Source: Caldicoprobacterales bacterium (GTDB lineage Bacteria > Bacillota > Clostridia > Caldicoprobacterales > DTU083). From it: 64,000 nucleotides of DNA. Position 1 is the stretch's first letter; the number at the start of each line of letters is the position of its first letter. A program made the translations under genes and the position numbers. The DNA is taken from assembly GCA_050951465.1 (NCBI GenBank), contig JBMNJC010000014.1:46963-110962 (forward strand). The letters are read 5' to 3'. The notes beneath the pieces are model-generated. The model saw only the letters and a program-made list of their open reading frames with translations. It searched no databases and was not told where the DNA came from. This document shows positions 26,295 through 35,670 of this stretch, in pieces.

Positions 26295-28205
26295 ATGAAG
26301 ATTTTAGAACACTCCCAAATAGGCGGAATGAAACTGCGAAACAGAATCTACATGGCTCCCATGGGGACATCCACAGATCCGGACGGCTCCTTCTCAGATC
26401 GTTCAATCCGTTATTACGAAGAGCGGGCGAAGGGCGGCTTTGGACTTATTATTACCGGTGCAAACCAGGTGACCACCAAGTATGAAGCCAAGGCATGCAA
26501 TATCCTGCAAACCCCGAAGTCCTTTGAACAATTGAACTTTTTAGCCAGAAGGATACACAATCAGGGAGCAAAGCTCTGCATCCAGTTAACACCCGGTCTG
26601 GGTCGTATGCAGTTTACCACATCGGATGTAAGGCCATATGCTGCCAGTGAAGTAGATTCTTTCTGGTTCCCGGGACTAAAATGTAAAGAATTATCCAAAG
26701 AAGACATCCAATTCCTTGTTAAGAAAATGGCAGAGGGTGCTGCCATTGCCAAACGGGCAGAAGTTGATGCCATTGAACTCCATGGTTACGGCGGCTACCT
26801 GATGGATCAGTTCCAATCCGAATTGTGGAACAAGAGAACAGATGAGTACGGCGGCAGTTTAGAGAACAGAATGCGTTTCTCGGTAGAATGCATAAAAGCG
26901 ATAAGGGAAGCTGTAGGTCCTGATTTCCCCATACTGTTTAAATTTACACCTTATCATGGCGTACCCGGCGGCCGTGAAATGGACGAAGGCATTGCTATGG
27001 CCAAAATACTTGAGGAAGCCGGTGTTGATGCCCTTCATGTTGACGTTGGATGCTATGAGGCATGGTATAAGGCAATTAATACAGTTTATGAGCCTCCGCA
27101 GGTTCAGCTGGATGTAGCTGCTGAGATTAAAAAACATGTTAATGTTCCGGTTATGTCCCAGGGCAAGATGCAAAACCCGGAACATGCAGAAGCTGCACTT
27201 AGGGAAGGCAAGGCCGACTTTATCGGTCTCGGTCATACTGCAATTTGCGACCCCCATTGGGTGAACAAGGTTCAAAGACATGAAACATATGATATCGTTC
27301 CGTGTATAGGCTGCAATGAGTGCCTGTATGCAGGCTTCAGCGGCAAAATTCTTCACTGTGCGGTAAATCCCCATGCTTTTGCAGAAGACTATTATCCCGT
27401 TGAATCCGGTGATTCCAACAAGCGTGTACTTGTGGTAGGAAGCGGACCTGCAGGCATAACCGCAGCTGTTACGGCAGCCGAAAGAGGCATGCAGGTTGAG
27501 CTCTGGGAAAAGAAAAATGAGCTGGGCGGCTTGCTGCTTGCTGCTGGCGGACCCAGGTTTAAAAAGGATGTTATGGATTATGTACAGTACCTGATTAACA
27601 AGCTGCATCGCAGCAATGTTAAGATATCCCTCATGAAGGAAGCAACTCCTGAGAATGTATTTGCAGGCAACTTCGACAAGGTTATTGTTGCCACCGGTTC
27701 AAGCCCTGTAATGCCTCCCATTAAGGGAATCGATGAGCCCTTTGTTGTAGGTGCCAATGACCTGTTAACCAGTAAGAAGTCTTACGGCAAGAAGGTTGTT
27801 GTACTGGGCGGCGGTCTTGTTGGCTGTGAAACAGCATGCCACTGTGCTGAAAAAGCTGATGATGTTACAATAATTGAAATGCTTCCGGAAGTTCTGATGA
27901 CAGTACAGCACAGCAAGAACAATGATCAGTCTCTGCGACAGTTGATGAAGGATTGCAATGTAAAGACTATTACCAATGCGAAAGTAACCGAGTTTAAGGA
28001 TAACAAGGTTTACTATGAGAAGGATGGAAAACAGGAAGTTATTGAAGCTGATACAGTAGCTATAGCTGTAGGATACCGTTCAAATACCTCCCTATATGAA
28101 GCTATCAACGGTAAGGTGGATTGTTCCATAGTTGGCGACGCCGAAGTGCCGGATAATATTCTGAAGGCAGTCCACCACGGATTCAACTCCGTTCGCTGCA
28201 TCTAA
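26295..28205 (+). CDS. Enoate reductase / 2,4-dienoyl-CoA-reductase-type flavoenzyme (OYE domain, 4Fe-4S motif, FAD/NAD(P) domain)
   Basis: ATG 26295 after AAGGAGG. OYE-like TIM barrel, Cys cluster PCIGCNECLY...C, and a Rossmann VLVVGSGPAGITAA domain. Confidence 0.9.
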   Translation: MKILEHSQIGGMKLRNRIYMAPMGTSTDPDGSFSDRSIRYYEERAKGGFGLIITGANQVTTKYEAKACNILQTPKSFEQLNFLARRIHNQGAKLCIQLTPGLGRMQFTTSDVRPYAASEVDSFWFPGLKCKELSKEDIQFLVKKMAEGAAIAKRAEVDAIELHGYGGYLMDQFQSELWNKRTDEYGGSLENRMRFSVECIKAIREAVGPDFPILFKFTPYHGVPGGREMDEGIAMAKILEEAGVDALHVDVGCYEAWYKAINTVYEPPQVQLDVAAEIKKHVNVPVMSQGKMQNPEHAEAALREGKADFIGLGHTAICDPHWVNKVQRHETYDIVPCIGCNECLYAGFSGKILHCAVNPHAFAEDYYPVESGDSNKRVLVVGSGPAGITAAVTAAERGMQVELWEKKNELGGLLLAAGGPRFKKDVMDYVQYLINKLHRSNVKISLMKEATPENVFAGNFDKVIVATGSSPVMPPIKGIDEPFVVGANDLLTSKKSYGKKVVVLGGGLVGCETACHCAEKADDVTIIEMLPEVLMTVQHSKNNDQSLRQLMKDCNVKTITNAKVTEFKDNKVYYEKDGKQEVIEADTVAIAVGYRSNTSLYEAINGKVDCSIVGDAEVPDNILKAVHHGFNSVRCI

Positions 28206-28232
28206 AAAATACAAGAATTCCACGAGAACAAG

Positions 28233-28258
28233 ACAGGGCAGTTGAAAAACTGCCCTGT
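28233..28258 (+). terminator. Hairpin after the flavoenzyme gene
   Basis: 9-bp stem ACAGGGCAG / CTGCCCTGT with an 8-nt loop. The T-tract is weak. Confidence 0.5.
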
Positions 28259-28510
28259 TGTTTACACTGAGAAATATTCTGTACACTTTGCTCCACTTCT
28301 TATTTAAAATATAACGAAATTATTAAAATGATAAAACCTTTGTTAATTCGAAAATAAATAGTGCCCAAACATTTTTATTCCCCGTCTAATTCTGATAGAA
28401 TGGGTGTAGTGATTTTTCCCGGGCCTATATTTAAATACTACATAGTGGACAACCTGAATCACATATATATAGAAGCAACACCCTTACTATCAGCCATGGG
28501 GGATATAAAT

Positions 28511-29608
28511 ATGAATCGAACTGAAAAGAAAAGATATATTCAGAAGCAGCGGCACCGGCTTATTCGTTTTGTTATTAAGATGACAGCCGTGTTTATTATT
28601 ATAAATTTTACGCTGCCATTTTATGGAGGCGCAACCACTTCGGCACTAGGATATTTACCATTTGTAGAGCATAGGGAAAACCAGCCGGCATGGGGCAAAG
28701 AAAATTCAAGTCCAAATTTTCAGGAAGTTGCATCATCTGATGCAGAAATGCTGCCTGTCATAGAACCGGATCCCACTCCTTCACCCAAACCAAGCCTTGC
28801 GCCGACTCCCACACCTGCTGCAACAGAGTCCCCTGTTTTCACTGGGGAACCATCTTCTTCTCCATCTTCAACTCCATCTTCGACACCGGAAGCTGCCAAT
28901 ACACCGGAACCTGGAGAAGAGGAGGACAGCGGCGAAGGACCCTTTATGACTCCCGCAGAAGCAGGTGCATTTTTGCAGAAGCAGCTGAACAAAGCTTATC
29001 GGCATAATAATGACAAAGTGGCTTATCTGACTTTTGATGACGGACCTACTCCATCCATTACCAATAAAATTTTGGATATTTTAGAAGAAGAGGGTATAAA
29101 AGCTACTTTTTTTATCATAGGTTCTTATGCAGAGAAAAATCCGCATTTAATAAAAAGAGCTTATGACGAGGGACACGGAATAGGGAACCATACTTACTCT
29201 CATAAATTTAATTATATATATAAGAAACCGCAAAATCTGGTCGGCGAACTGGTACGCACTGAAAAGATATTACAGGGAATTCTGGGAGAAGACAAGATTT
29301 TCAGAGTGATCCGTTTTCCCGGAGGCTCCTTCGGCGAGGCAATGGAGCCTTTCAGAGAGGCAGTAAATGAAGCAGGGTTCGGATATATAGACTGGAACAG
29401 CATAAATGGAGATGCAGAGTCCGTTGTTGCAAAGCCGGCAGATCAGCAGCTGGCCAGGCTGAAAGAGACTGTTAATGGACAAAGCGGTTTAATCGTGCTC
29501 ATGCATGACGCTATAAATAAGGATGCTACAGTAGATGCCTTGCCGGAAATTATCAAATATCTGAGAAAAAAAGGCTATCGTTTTGAATTGATTCCGGGGG
29601 TTCGTTAG
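28511..29608 (+). CDS. Polysaccharide deacetylase (NodB domain), membrane-anchored with a Pro/Ser/Thr-rich linker
   Basis: Preferred start is ATG 28511 (the track ORF begins at 28361). TM helix IKMTAVFIIINFTL, linker PSPKPSLAPTPTPAA...SSSPSSTPSSTP, and NodB motifs LTFDDGP and HTYSH. Confidence 0.88.
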   Translation: MNRTEKKRYIQKQRHRLIRFVIKMTAVFIIINFTLPFYGGATTSALGYLPFVEHRENQPAWGKENSSPNFQEVASSDAEMLPVIEPDPTPSPKPSLAPTPTPAATESPVFTGEPSSSPSSTPSSTPEAANTPEPGEEEDSGEGPFMTPAEAGAFLQKQLNKAYRHNNDKVAYLTFDDGPTPSITNKILDILEEEGIKATFFIIGSYAEKNPHLIKRAYDEGHGIGNHTYSHKFNYIYKKPQNLVGELVRTEKILQGILGEDKIFRVIRFPGGSFGEAMEPFREAVNEAGFGYIDWNSINGDAESVVAKPADQQLARLKETVNGQSGLIVLMHDAINKDATVDALPEIIKYLRKKGYRFELIPGVR

Positions 29609-29688
29609 AATATAATGAGTTTAAAGAGCTTTATAAATAACTTTTGAGTTATTGAGCAGGCTTCAGACTAAGAATATGAATAGTCGAG

Positions 29689-30297
29689 GTGATAATCCTG
29701 TTCTTTTTAAGAAGAGTTGTCCAGTTGCTTTTGGATTGGATCCGAATGGTTTCAATTGCTGTTATACTGGCCATTTTGATCCAGCTTTTTATATTTCAGC
29801 CGGTTCGGGTGGAAGGCAATTCCATGACGCCTACTTTACAGGACAGCGATATTATTATAATTTCCAAGATTGGAAGGACCTTGAACCAACAGTTGAAGCA
29901 TGACCAGATAATTGTTTTTGACCGTCGGATGGGCGCGGCACATACTTTGCTGGATGAAATAAAAGAACTGGGCATTTTTAATAGATTTGAAAATCGAAAC
30001 CTGTTAATTAAACGGTTAATCGGTTTGCCGGGAGACATAATTTCCATCAAAGACGGACAGGTTTACCGTAACGGTGTGATATTGGACGAGCCTTATCTGA
30101 CTGCAGGAAATGGACCAGGCATGAATGACACCTACCTGGTGCCTGAAGACCATATTTTTGTTCTGGGCGATAACCGCAACAATAGTCTTGACAGCAGGAT
30201 AATCGGTTATATTCCGATCAAAAACATCAAAGGCACTATGGCGGTTGATATCAGCAGTCTGCTGAGAGAAACCAAACTGTCGGCGAACAACAAATGA
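29689..30297 (+). CDS. lepB: Signal peptidase I (S26 family)
   Basis: GNSMTPTL (catalytic Ser), KRLIGLPGD (catalytic Lys) and GDNRNNSLDSR boxes. The GTG start is uncertain. Confidence 0.88.
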   Translation: MIILFFLRRVVQLLLDWIRMVSIAVILAILIQLFIFQPVRVEGNSMTPTLQDSDIIIISKIGRTLNQQLKHDQIIVFDRRMGAAHTLLDEIKELGIFNRFENRNLLIKRLIGLPGDIISIKDGQVYRNGVILDEPYLTAGNGPGMNDTYLVPEDHIFVLGDNRNNSLDSRIIGYIPIKNIKGTMAVDISSLLRETKLSANNK

Positions 30298-30350
30298 CTA
30301 ATGAATTATATAAAATTTCATATACTCTGATAAACTAAGGAGGATCTTGT

Positions 30351-30848
30351 TTGTATTTATCCCGCAGGAACTATACTCACTTTCTTGTACAAGCTGCTGC
30401 TATCGCAGCTATTTATGTGGTATTAACCCTGGTTTTTGCTCCCCTAAGCTATGGAGAAAGCATGGTAGAAATTCGTATATCTGAAATGCTGACTATATTG
30501 CCATTTTACATACCGGCAGCTATTCCGGGGCTGTTTATAGGCGTTATAATTTCCAACTTATTCAGTCCGGTTGGTGCAATAGATGTGGTTGTTGGAAGTC
30601 TGGCCACACTTTTGGCTGCTTTCCTTACACGGCGGATGCCGAATAAGTGGCTGGCTCCTGTTCCGCCTATTTTAATAAATGGGCTGGTAATTGGAGGTAT
30701 GCTCCATTATGTATATAAATTTCCCCTCCTGATGTCTATTCTTTCCATTACCGCAGGTCAGGTAATTTCCTGCTATATCCTTGGCGGGCTTTTGATATTG
30801 ACACTGGAGAGGTTTAAAAATCATTTGTTTCCTGAAAGTGTTAAGTAA
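30351..30848 (+). CDS. queT: QueT-family queuosine-precursor transporter
   Basis: TTG start 7 nt after AAGGAGG. 165 aa and about 5 TM helices. AIAAIYVVLTLVFAPLSYG...RISEMLTILPF resembles QueT. Confidence 0.75.
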   Translation: MYLSRRNYTHFLVQAAAIAAIYVVLTLVFAPLSYGESMVEIRISEMLTILPFYIPAAIPGLFIGVIISNLFSPVGAIDVVVGSLATLLAAFLTRRMPNKWLAPVPPILINGLVIGGMLHYVYKFPLLMSILSITAGQVISCYILGGLLILTLERFKNHLFPESVK

Positions 30849-30921
30849 GGTTTTATAAGGACCCGGTAAAATCAGCAAGATAATATATAAGATAAATACA
30901 TAATGGAAGGTGGTTTTTCAT

Positions 30922-32097
30922 ATGTTAAACTTTCAATTTCATACCCCCACAAAAATATTCTTTGGAAAGGACACTCACAAACAAGTGGGTGAAATAATTA
31001 AACAATATGGCTTTAAGAAGATTTTACTTCACTATGGCGGCGGCAGTATAAAAAAAATCGGGCTGTATGACCAGGTTGTAGATTCCCTGAATAACAGCGG
31101 TATAGAGTTTGTTGAATTAGGCGGCGTTGAGCCAAATCCAAAGCTCAGCCTGGTCAGGAAAGGTGTACAGATATGCAAAGAGGAGAAAGTTGATATGGTG
31201 CTGGCGGCAGGCGGAGGAAGCGCCATAGATTCAGCCAAGGTTATAGCCGTGTCTGCTCTCTCTGAGCATGACCCCTGGGACTTTGTATCCAAAAAAGTTA
31301 CTCCTACACAGGCATTGCCCGTAGGAACAATTTTAACCCTTGCGGCTTCCGGCAGTGAAATGAGCTCCTCAGCCGTTATTACAAATGAAGACGGCGAGCT
31401 GAAAAGAGGTTTTAACAGTGAATTCAACAGACCTCTGTTTTCCATCATGAATCCGGAACTGACCTATTCTGTCAACAAGTTTCAAACCGGCTGCGGTATA
31501 GTGGATATAATGATGCATACAATAGAAAGATATTTTACCAAAACAAAGAACGTAGATTTAGCTGACCAGTTGGCTGAAGGTCTTCTTAGATCCGTGATCC
31601 GTGCCGGTGAAATAGCCATAAATAATCCGGAAGATTATGAAGCCAGGGCAACTCTTATGTGGGCAGGCAGCTTGTCCCACAATGACCTGATGGGAGCAGG
31701 CAGAGATTACTTTATGACCTGTCATCAGCTGGAGCATGAGATAAGCGGAATATATGATTTTGTTGCCCATGGGGCTGGTCTGGCCATTGTATTTCCTGCC
31801 TGGGCAAAATATATGTATAAACACAACCTTGAGAGATTCTGCCAATATGCAGTCAGAGTATGGAATATAGAGATGAACTTTGATAATCCTGAAGAGACTG
31901 CCATGAAAGGGATTGTGGCTACAGAGAACTACTTTAAATCCATTGGCATGCCTGTAAGACTTTCTGAACTTGGTATATCCGACGACAGATTTGAAGAAAT
32001 GGCTGTAAAGTGCACACACTTCGGAAAGCGCACACTGCCCGATTATATAGAACTTGATAAAAAAGAGATAATTGAAATTTTTGAGTTGTGCAAATAA
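30922..32097 (+). CDS. Iron-containing alcohol dehydrogenase (butanol dehydrogenase / YqhD-like)
   Basis: ATG 30922 after GGAAGGTGG. Fe-ADH motifs AAGGGSAIDSAK and HQLEHEISGIYDFVAHGAGL. Confidence 0.9.
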   Translation: MLNFQFHTPTKIFFGKDTHKQVGEIIKQYGFKKILLHYGGGSIKKIGLYDQVVDSLNNSGIEFVELGGVEPNPKLSLVRKGVQICKEEKVDMVLAAGGGSAIDSAKVIAVSALSEHDPWDFVSKKVTPTQALPVGTILTLAASGSEMSSSAVITNEDGELKRGFNSEFNRPLFSIMNPELTYSVNKFQTGCGIVDIMMHTIERYFTKTKNVDLADQLAEGLLRSVIRAGEIAINNPEDYEARATLMWAGSLSHNDLMGAGRDYFMTCHQLEHEISGIYDFVAHGAGLAIVFPAWAKYMYKHNLERFCQYAVRVWNIEMNFDNPEETAMKGIVATENYFKSIGMPVRLSELGISDDRFEEMAVKCTHFGKRTLPDYIELDKKEIIEIFELCK

Positions 32098-32109
32098 ATC
32101 TATTGTTTC

Positions 32110-32142
32110 AAGCCGTGAATGTAAACACGGCTTTTTCTTTTT
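32110..32142 (+). terminator. Rho-independent terminator
   Basis: 8-bp stem AAGCCGTG / CACGGCTT with an 8-nt loop and a T-rich tail. Confidence 0.85.
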
Positions 32143-32250
32143 AGGCAGTGTTTTCAAAAGGCAATTGAGAGACTGTCCATATTTGTGTATAATAAAAGAA
32201 TATAAAGTCTGAAAAATATAGAGAGTAAACTGCGCAGGGGGCTGGAGATA

Positions 32251-35200
32251 ATGGGAATTCGCTATCTTATAGGTCGATCCGGAAGCGGCAAAACGCAGCA
32301 GGTGTATCGGGAAATCGGTGAGGCAGTAAAAAAAGGCGAAAACCGCTTAATCTTAATGGTGCCTGAACAGTTTACCCTTCAGGCAGAACGGGATTTAATC
32401 AGAAAGCAAAATCTTCCCGGTCTTCTGGATGCAGAGGTATTAAGCTTTACAAGGCTGGCCCACAAGATATTCAATGAGGTCGGAGGCCTTACCCGCACCC
32501 ACATAAATGAACAGGGAAGGCATATGATTTTACGACGTTTGCTGGATAAGCTTAATGATCATTTAACTGTATACAAGTCGGTATCCAGACAAAGCGGTTT
32601 TATAGAAAAAACCAATCAACTCCTCTCAGACTTAAAAAAACATGATATTACACCGGATCAGCTGCGCCGTATGGCGGAAAAATTTCAGGCTTCACCCCTG
32701 CTTTCGGGCAAATTAATGGATACAGCTCTTATATATGAAGCTTTTCAGCAGTATCTTGAAGAACGATACATGGATTCCGAAGATGCCATAAATGCTTTGG
32801 TGGACAGGATAGAACAATATCAGGGATTAAATGGAGCCAGAATCTGGCTTGACGGTTTTGACTACTTTCCTCCTCAGTCCGTAAGGGTCCTGGAGAAGCT
32901 GGCACTGACCGCCCGTGAGCTGACCATTACTTTTACCATGGATACTCGTGGGAAAAGCAGGGATCAGGATGTTTTTAGAGTCCATGCCCTTTCACTTCAA
33001 AAAGTAAGAAGAATAGCAAAAGAATACAAGATTCATGAAGAGTTTGTTTATTTTCCTCAAGAAGGTCATGTCAACGAAACTAAGGAAAACGCTGCAGATT
33101 TACACAGGGTACCGGAACTGGCACATCTGGAAAGGCAGCTTTATCAATATCCATACCAGGAATATTCTGAAGAGGTTATACACATAGAAGGATTTGCTGC
33201 CGGCAACCCGGAATCGGAAATAGAGAGGCTGGCAGGGCGGATATTGTCTCTTTCACGAACCAGGGGCTGGCGTTACAGGGAAATGACCGTGGTATCCGGT
33301 GACCTTTCGGTTTATGGCAGCCTTATTAAACGCGTTTTCACCCAGTATGGAATACCTTTTTTTCTGGATGAAAAAAGACCGGTTATACAAAACCCGATTG
33401 TAGATCTGGTATTAAGCTGCCTGAGAGTAACGGGAAGGGGTTACCGGTATGAGGAAGTTTTTAAACTGTTGAAAACCGGCTTTTGCGGGCTGTCCAGAGA
33501 TCAGACTGAGCTGTTGGAAAACTACTGCCTGGAGTACGGCATTAAGGGCAAGAAGTGGAAGCAACCCTTTCATCTGGGAGAGAAGGACTATCCCCTGGAA
33601 GTACTGAATGACTGCAGAAAACTGATAATGGATCCCTTAACTAAACTGGAGGAAGCCCTTAAAACAAGCAATAATATTCGGGAGATGGTCACTGCTCTTT
33701 ATTTTTACCTGGAAGACATAAAGCTGCAGGAGCAGCTGGAGGAATGGATTGAAAAACTAAGGCAGGAAGGCCTTTGGGAGCAGATGAATGAAAACGCCCA
33801 AATCTGGAACATTGTTATGGAAACCTTTGATCAACTGGCAGAAATTTTGGGGGATCAGAAAGCCGGTATAGATGAATTCTGCCGTATTCTGGAGTCAGGA
33901 TTTGCTTCTCTTAAGGCCGGCATTATTCCCACCACCCTGGATCAGGTGCTGATAGGGAGCATCCAGCGGTCAAAGAGTCAGGATGTAAAAGCATTGTTCG
34001 TAGTAGGCTGCAATGACGGTATTCTGCCGGCCGGTAACCAGGATGACAGGCTGCTGTCTGCCGAAGAGCGGGATTTGCTGCAAAGTGAAGGCCTGGATCT
34101 GGGAGGCTATACTGAGCTTCTGGCTGCAGATGAGAAATTTGGTATTTATACTGCCTTCAGCAAGCCGTCAGATTTTTTGTGGATTAGTTATGCTCTTGCT
34201 GATTCAAAGGGAGAGACCCTTCGTCCTTCCATCTTGATAGACCGGTTAAAACGATTGTTTCCGCGGCTTAATTTCTCCAGTGATTTACTGGCAGATGAAC
34301 AGGAACATCTGGAGATGGTTTCCACTCCAAAGGCCGCTTATAAATATATGACAGCCCATATGCGGAATGCTGCTGACGGAAAGGAAGACTCTTTACTCTG
34401 GTGGCTGGTTTACGACTGGTATAAAAGGCATCCTGATGAAGAGTGGGCTCATAGAATAGGCATGCTGACGGAGGGGCTTTTTCATCAGAATCAGGAACCC
34501 AGTCTCGGCAGAGAGAAGGCAGTAGCCCTGTATTCTTTGCCGGTAAAAGCCAGCGTTTCCAGGCTTGAGCAATATGTGAAGTGCCCCTTTGCCCACTTTG
34601 TACGATACGGCCTTAGACCCGCTGAAAGGAAGGAATATACTGTAGCGGCACCGGACCTGGGTGAGTTATTCCATCTTTCAATTGAGAAGTTTACAGCAAG
34701 AATTGCTGTACAGGGGCTTGATTGGCGTGAGCTTAAAGACCATGAATGCGAATCCATGCTGGATGATGTAATGGATGAGATTCTTCCCGAGTACAATCAT
34801 GGTATTTTACAGAGCACTCACCGTTATCAATATCTTTCCAAAAGGCTTAAGCGGATTGGAAAACGAGCTGTCTGGCTGTTGACGGACCACATTCGGCGGA
34901 GCAAGTTTAACCCCGTCGGCCATGAGATCAGCTTTGGTCTGAAGGGCACCTATCCGCCTATTGAAATTGAACTGGCTGACGGAGAAAAGATGCTGCTGGA
35001 AGGCCGGATTGACAGATGTGATATCTATGAAAGGGAAAATGATTTATTCATAAATGTTATCGACTATAAATCAGGTGCTGAAAGCTTTGATTTGTCTGAT
35101 GCCTGGTTTGGACTGAAGCTGCAGCTGCTGGTATATCTGGAAGCTATGTTGGAACAGGAACAGCGAAGGATCGACGGCAAGGCCAGGCCGGGGGGAATAT

Positions 35201-35670
35201 TCTATTTTCGTATCGATGATCCCCTTATAAACACTAAGGAAAGCGTGGGGGAAGCCATTGAGAAGGAAATCCGCAAAAAGCTCAAGCTTAAGGGCCTGGT
35301 CCTGAAAGACGTAAATCTGATACGTTCCATGGACAATAAAATCAGCGGTTATTCGGAAGTGCTTCCCGTAGGTGTTTCTGACAAGAACGATTCCATCTAT
35401 GCTAATTCCTCGGTTCTGGAGGAAGAGGATTTTATATGGCTTATTAAGCACATAAAAGAGTTTATCAGGGAGCTGGGTGCGGAGATGCTGAATGGAAATA
35501 TTAATATATCTCCGACTAAAAAAGGTGACGAGACTGCTTGCAGGTATTGCCCTTATGACGGCATATGCCAGTTTGATCTGCAGCTGGAAAATAACAGATA
35601 CCGCCTGATACCCAGTTTGAAAACCGAGGAAGTCATAGAGCGTATACGCCTGCGAAGGGAGGAAAACTGA
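32251..35670 (+). CDS. addB: Helicase-exonuclease AddAB, subunit AddB
   Basis: 1139 aa. Walker A GRSGSGKT, RecB-type nuclease VIDYKSG, and Fe-S cysteines (CPFAHF ... CRYCPYDGIC). Confidence 0.95.
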   Translation: MGIRYLIGRSGSGKTQQVYREIGEAVKKGENRLILMVPEQFTLQAERDLIRKQNLPGLLDAEVLSFTRLAHKIFNEVGGLTRTHINEQGRHMILRRLLDKLNDHLTVYKSVSRQSGFIEKTNQLLSDLKKHDITPDQLRRMAEKFQASPLLSGKLMDTALIYEAFQQYLEERYMDSEDAINALVDRIEQYQGLNGARIWLDGFDYFPPQSVRVLEKLALTARELTITFTMDTRGKSRDQDVFRVHALSLQKVRRIAKEYKIHEEFVYFPQEGHVNETKENAADLHRVPELAHLERQLYQYPYQEYSEEVIHIEGFAAGNPESEIERLAGRILSLSRTRGWRYREMTVVSGDLSVYGSLIKRVFTQYGIPFFLDEKRPVIQNPIVDLVLSCLRVTGRGYRYEEVFKLLKTGFCGLSRDQTELLENYCLEYGIKGKKWKQPFHLGEKDYPLEVLNDCRKLIMDPLTKLEEALKTSNNIREMVTALYFYLEDIKLQEQLEEWIEKLRQEGLWEQMNENAQIWNIVMETFDQLAEILGDQKAGIDEFCRILESGFASLKAGIIPTTLDQVLIGSIQRSKSQDVKALFVVGCNDGILPAGNQDDRLLSAEERDLLQSEGLDLGGYTELLAADEKFGIYTAFSKPSDFLWISYALADSKGETLRPSILIDRLKRLFPRLNFSSDLLADEQEHLEMVSTPKAAYKYMTAHMRNAADGKEDSLLWWLVYDWYKRHPDEEWAHRIGMLTEGLFHQNQEPSLGREKAVALYSLPVKASVSRLEQYVKCPFAHFVRYGLRPAERKEYTVAAPDLGELFHLSIEKFTARIAVQGLDWRELKDHECESMLDDVMDEILPEYNHGILQSTHRYQYLSKRLKRIGKRAVWLLTDHIRRSKFNPVGHEISFGLKGTYPPIEIELADGEKMLLEGRIDRCDIYERENDLFINVIDYKSGAESFDLSDAWFGLKLQLLVYLEAMLEQEQRRIDGKARPGGIFYFRIDDPLINTKESVGEAIEKEIRKKLKLKGLVLKDVNLIRSMDNKISGYSEVLPVGVSDKNDSIYANSSVLEEEDFIWLIKHIKEFIRELGAEMLNGNINISPTKKGDETACRYCPYDGICQFDLQLENNRYRLIPSLKTEEVIERIRLRREEN

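Noticed and set aside
26859-27608. Long antisense ORFs in the track: this 249-aa one, plus 35071-35703, 31558-32157, 51233-51760, 967-1485, 5103-5534 and 54309-54611.
   Set aside because: Each lies entirely opposite a confidently identified gene. They have odd composition (Cys/Phe/Asn-rich, low complexity), no SD and no recognisable motifs. They are shadow ORFs.
28361-28510. N-terminal 50-codon extension of the polysaccharide deacetylase ORF, and similar 5' extensions of track ORFs at 26208, 43120, 17285, 16112 and 61117.
   Set aside because: The upstream starts lack SD sequences, while internal ATGs are preceded by GGAGG-type sites and give N-termini typical of the families.
29652-29903. 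83-aa ORF overlapping the 5' end of the signal peptidase gene in another frame.
   Set aside because: It has no motif support, and the overlapping frame carries the conserved SPase I boxes.
30298-30350. Possible preQ1-I riboswitch upstream of queT. The leader ends ...ACTCTGATAAACTAAGGAGG, resembling the 3' tail (CUCUAUAAAAAACUAAGG) of the B. subtilis aptamer.
   Set aside because: No complementary 5' P1 strand (AGAG...) exists upstream. The only possible stem (TATAT/ATATA) leaves a loop with no bases able to form the P2 pseudoknot with CUAA. Only 53 nt separate lepB from queT. The similarity is an A-rich tail plus an SD, which is not diagnostic.
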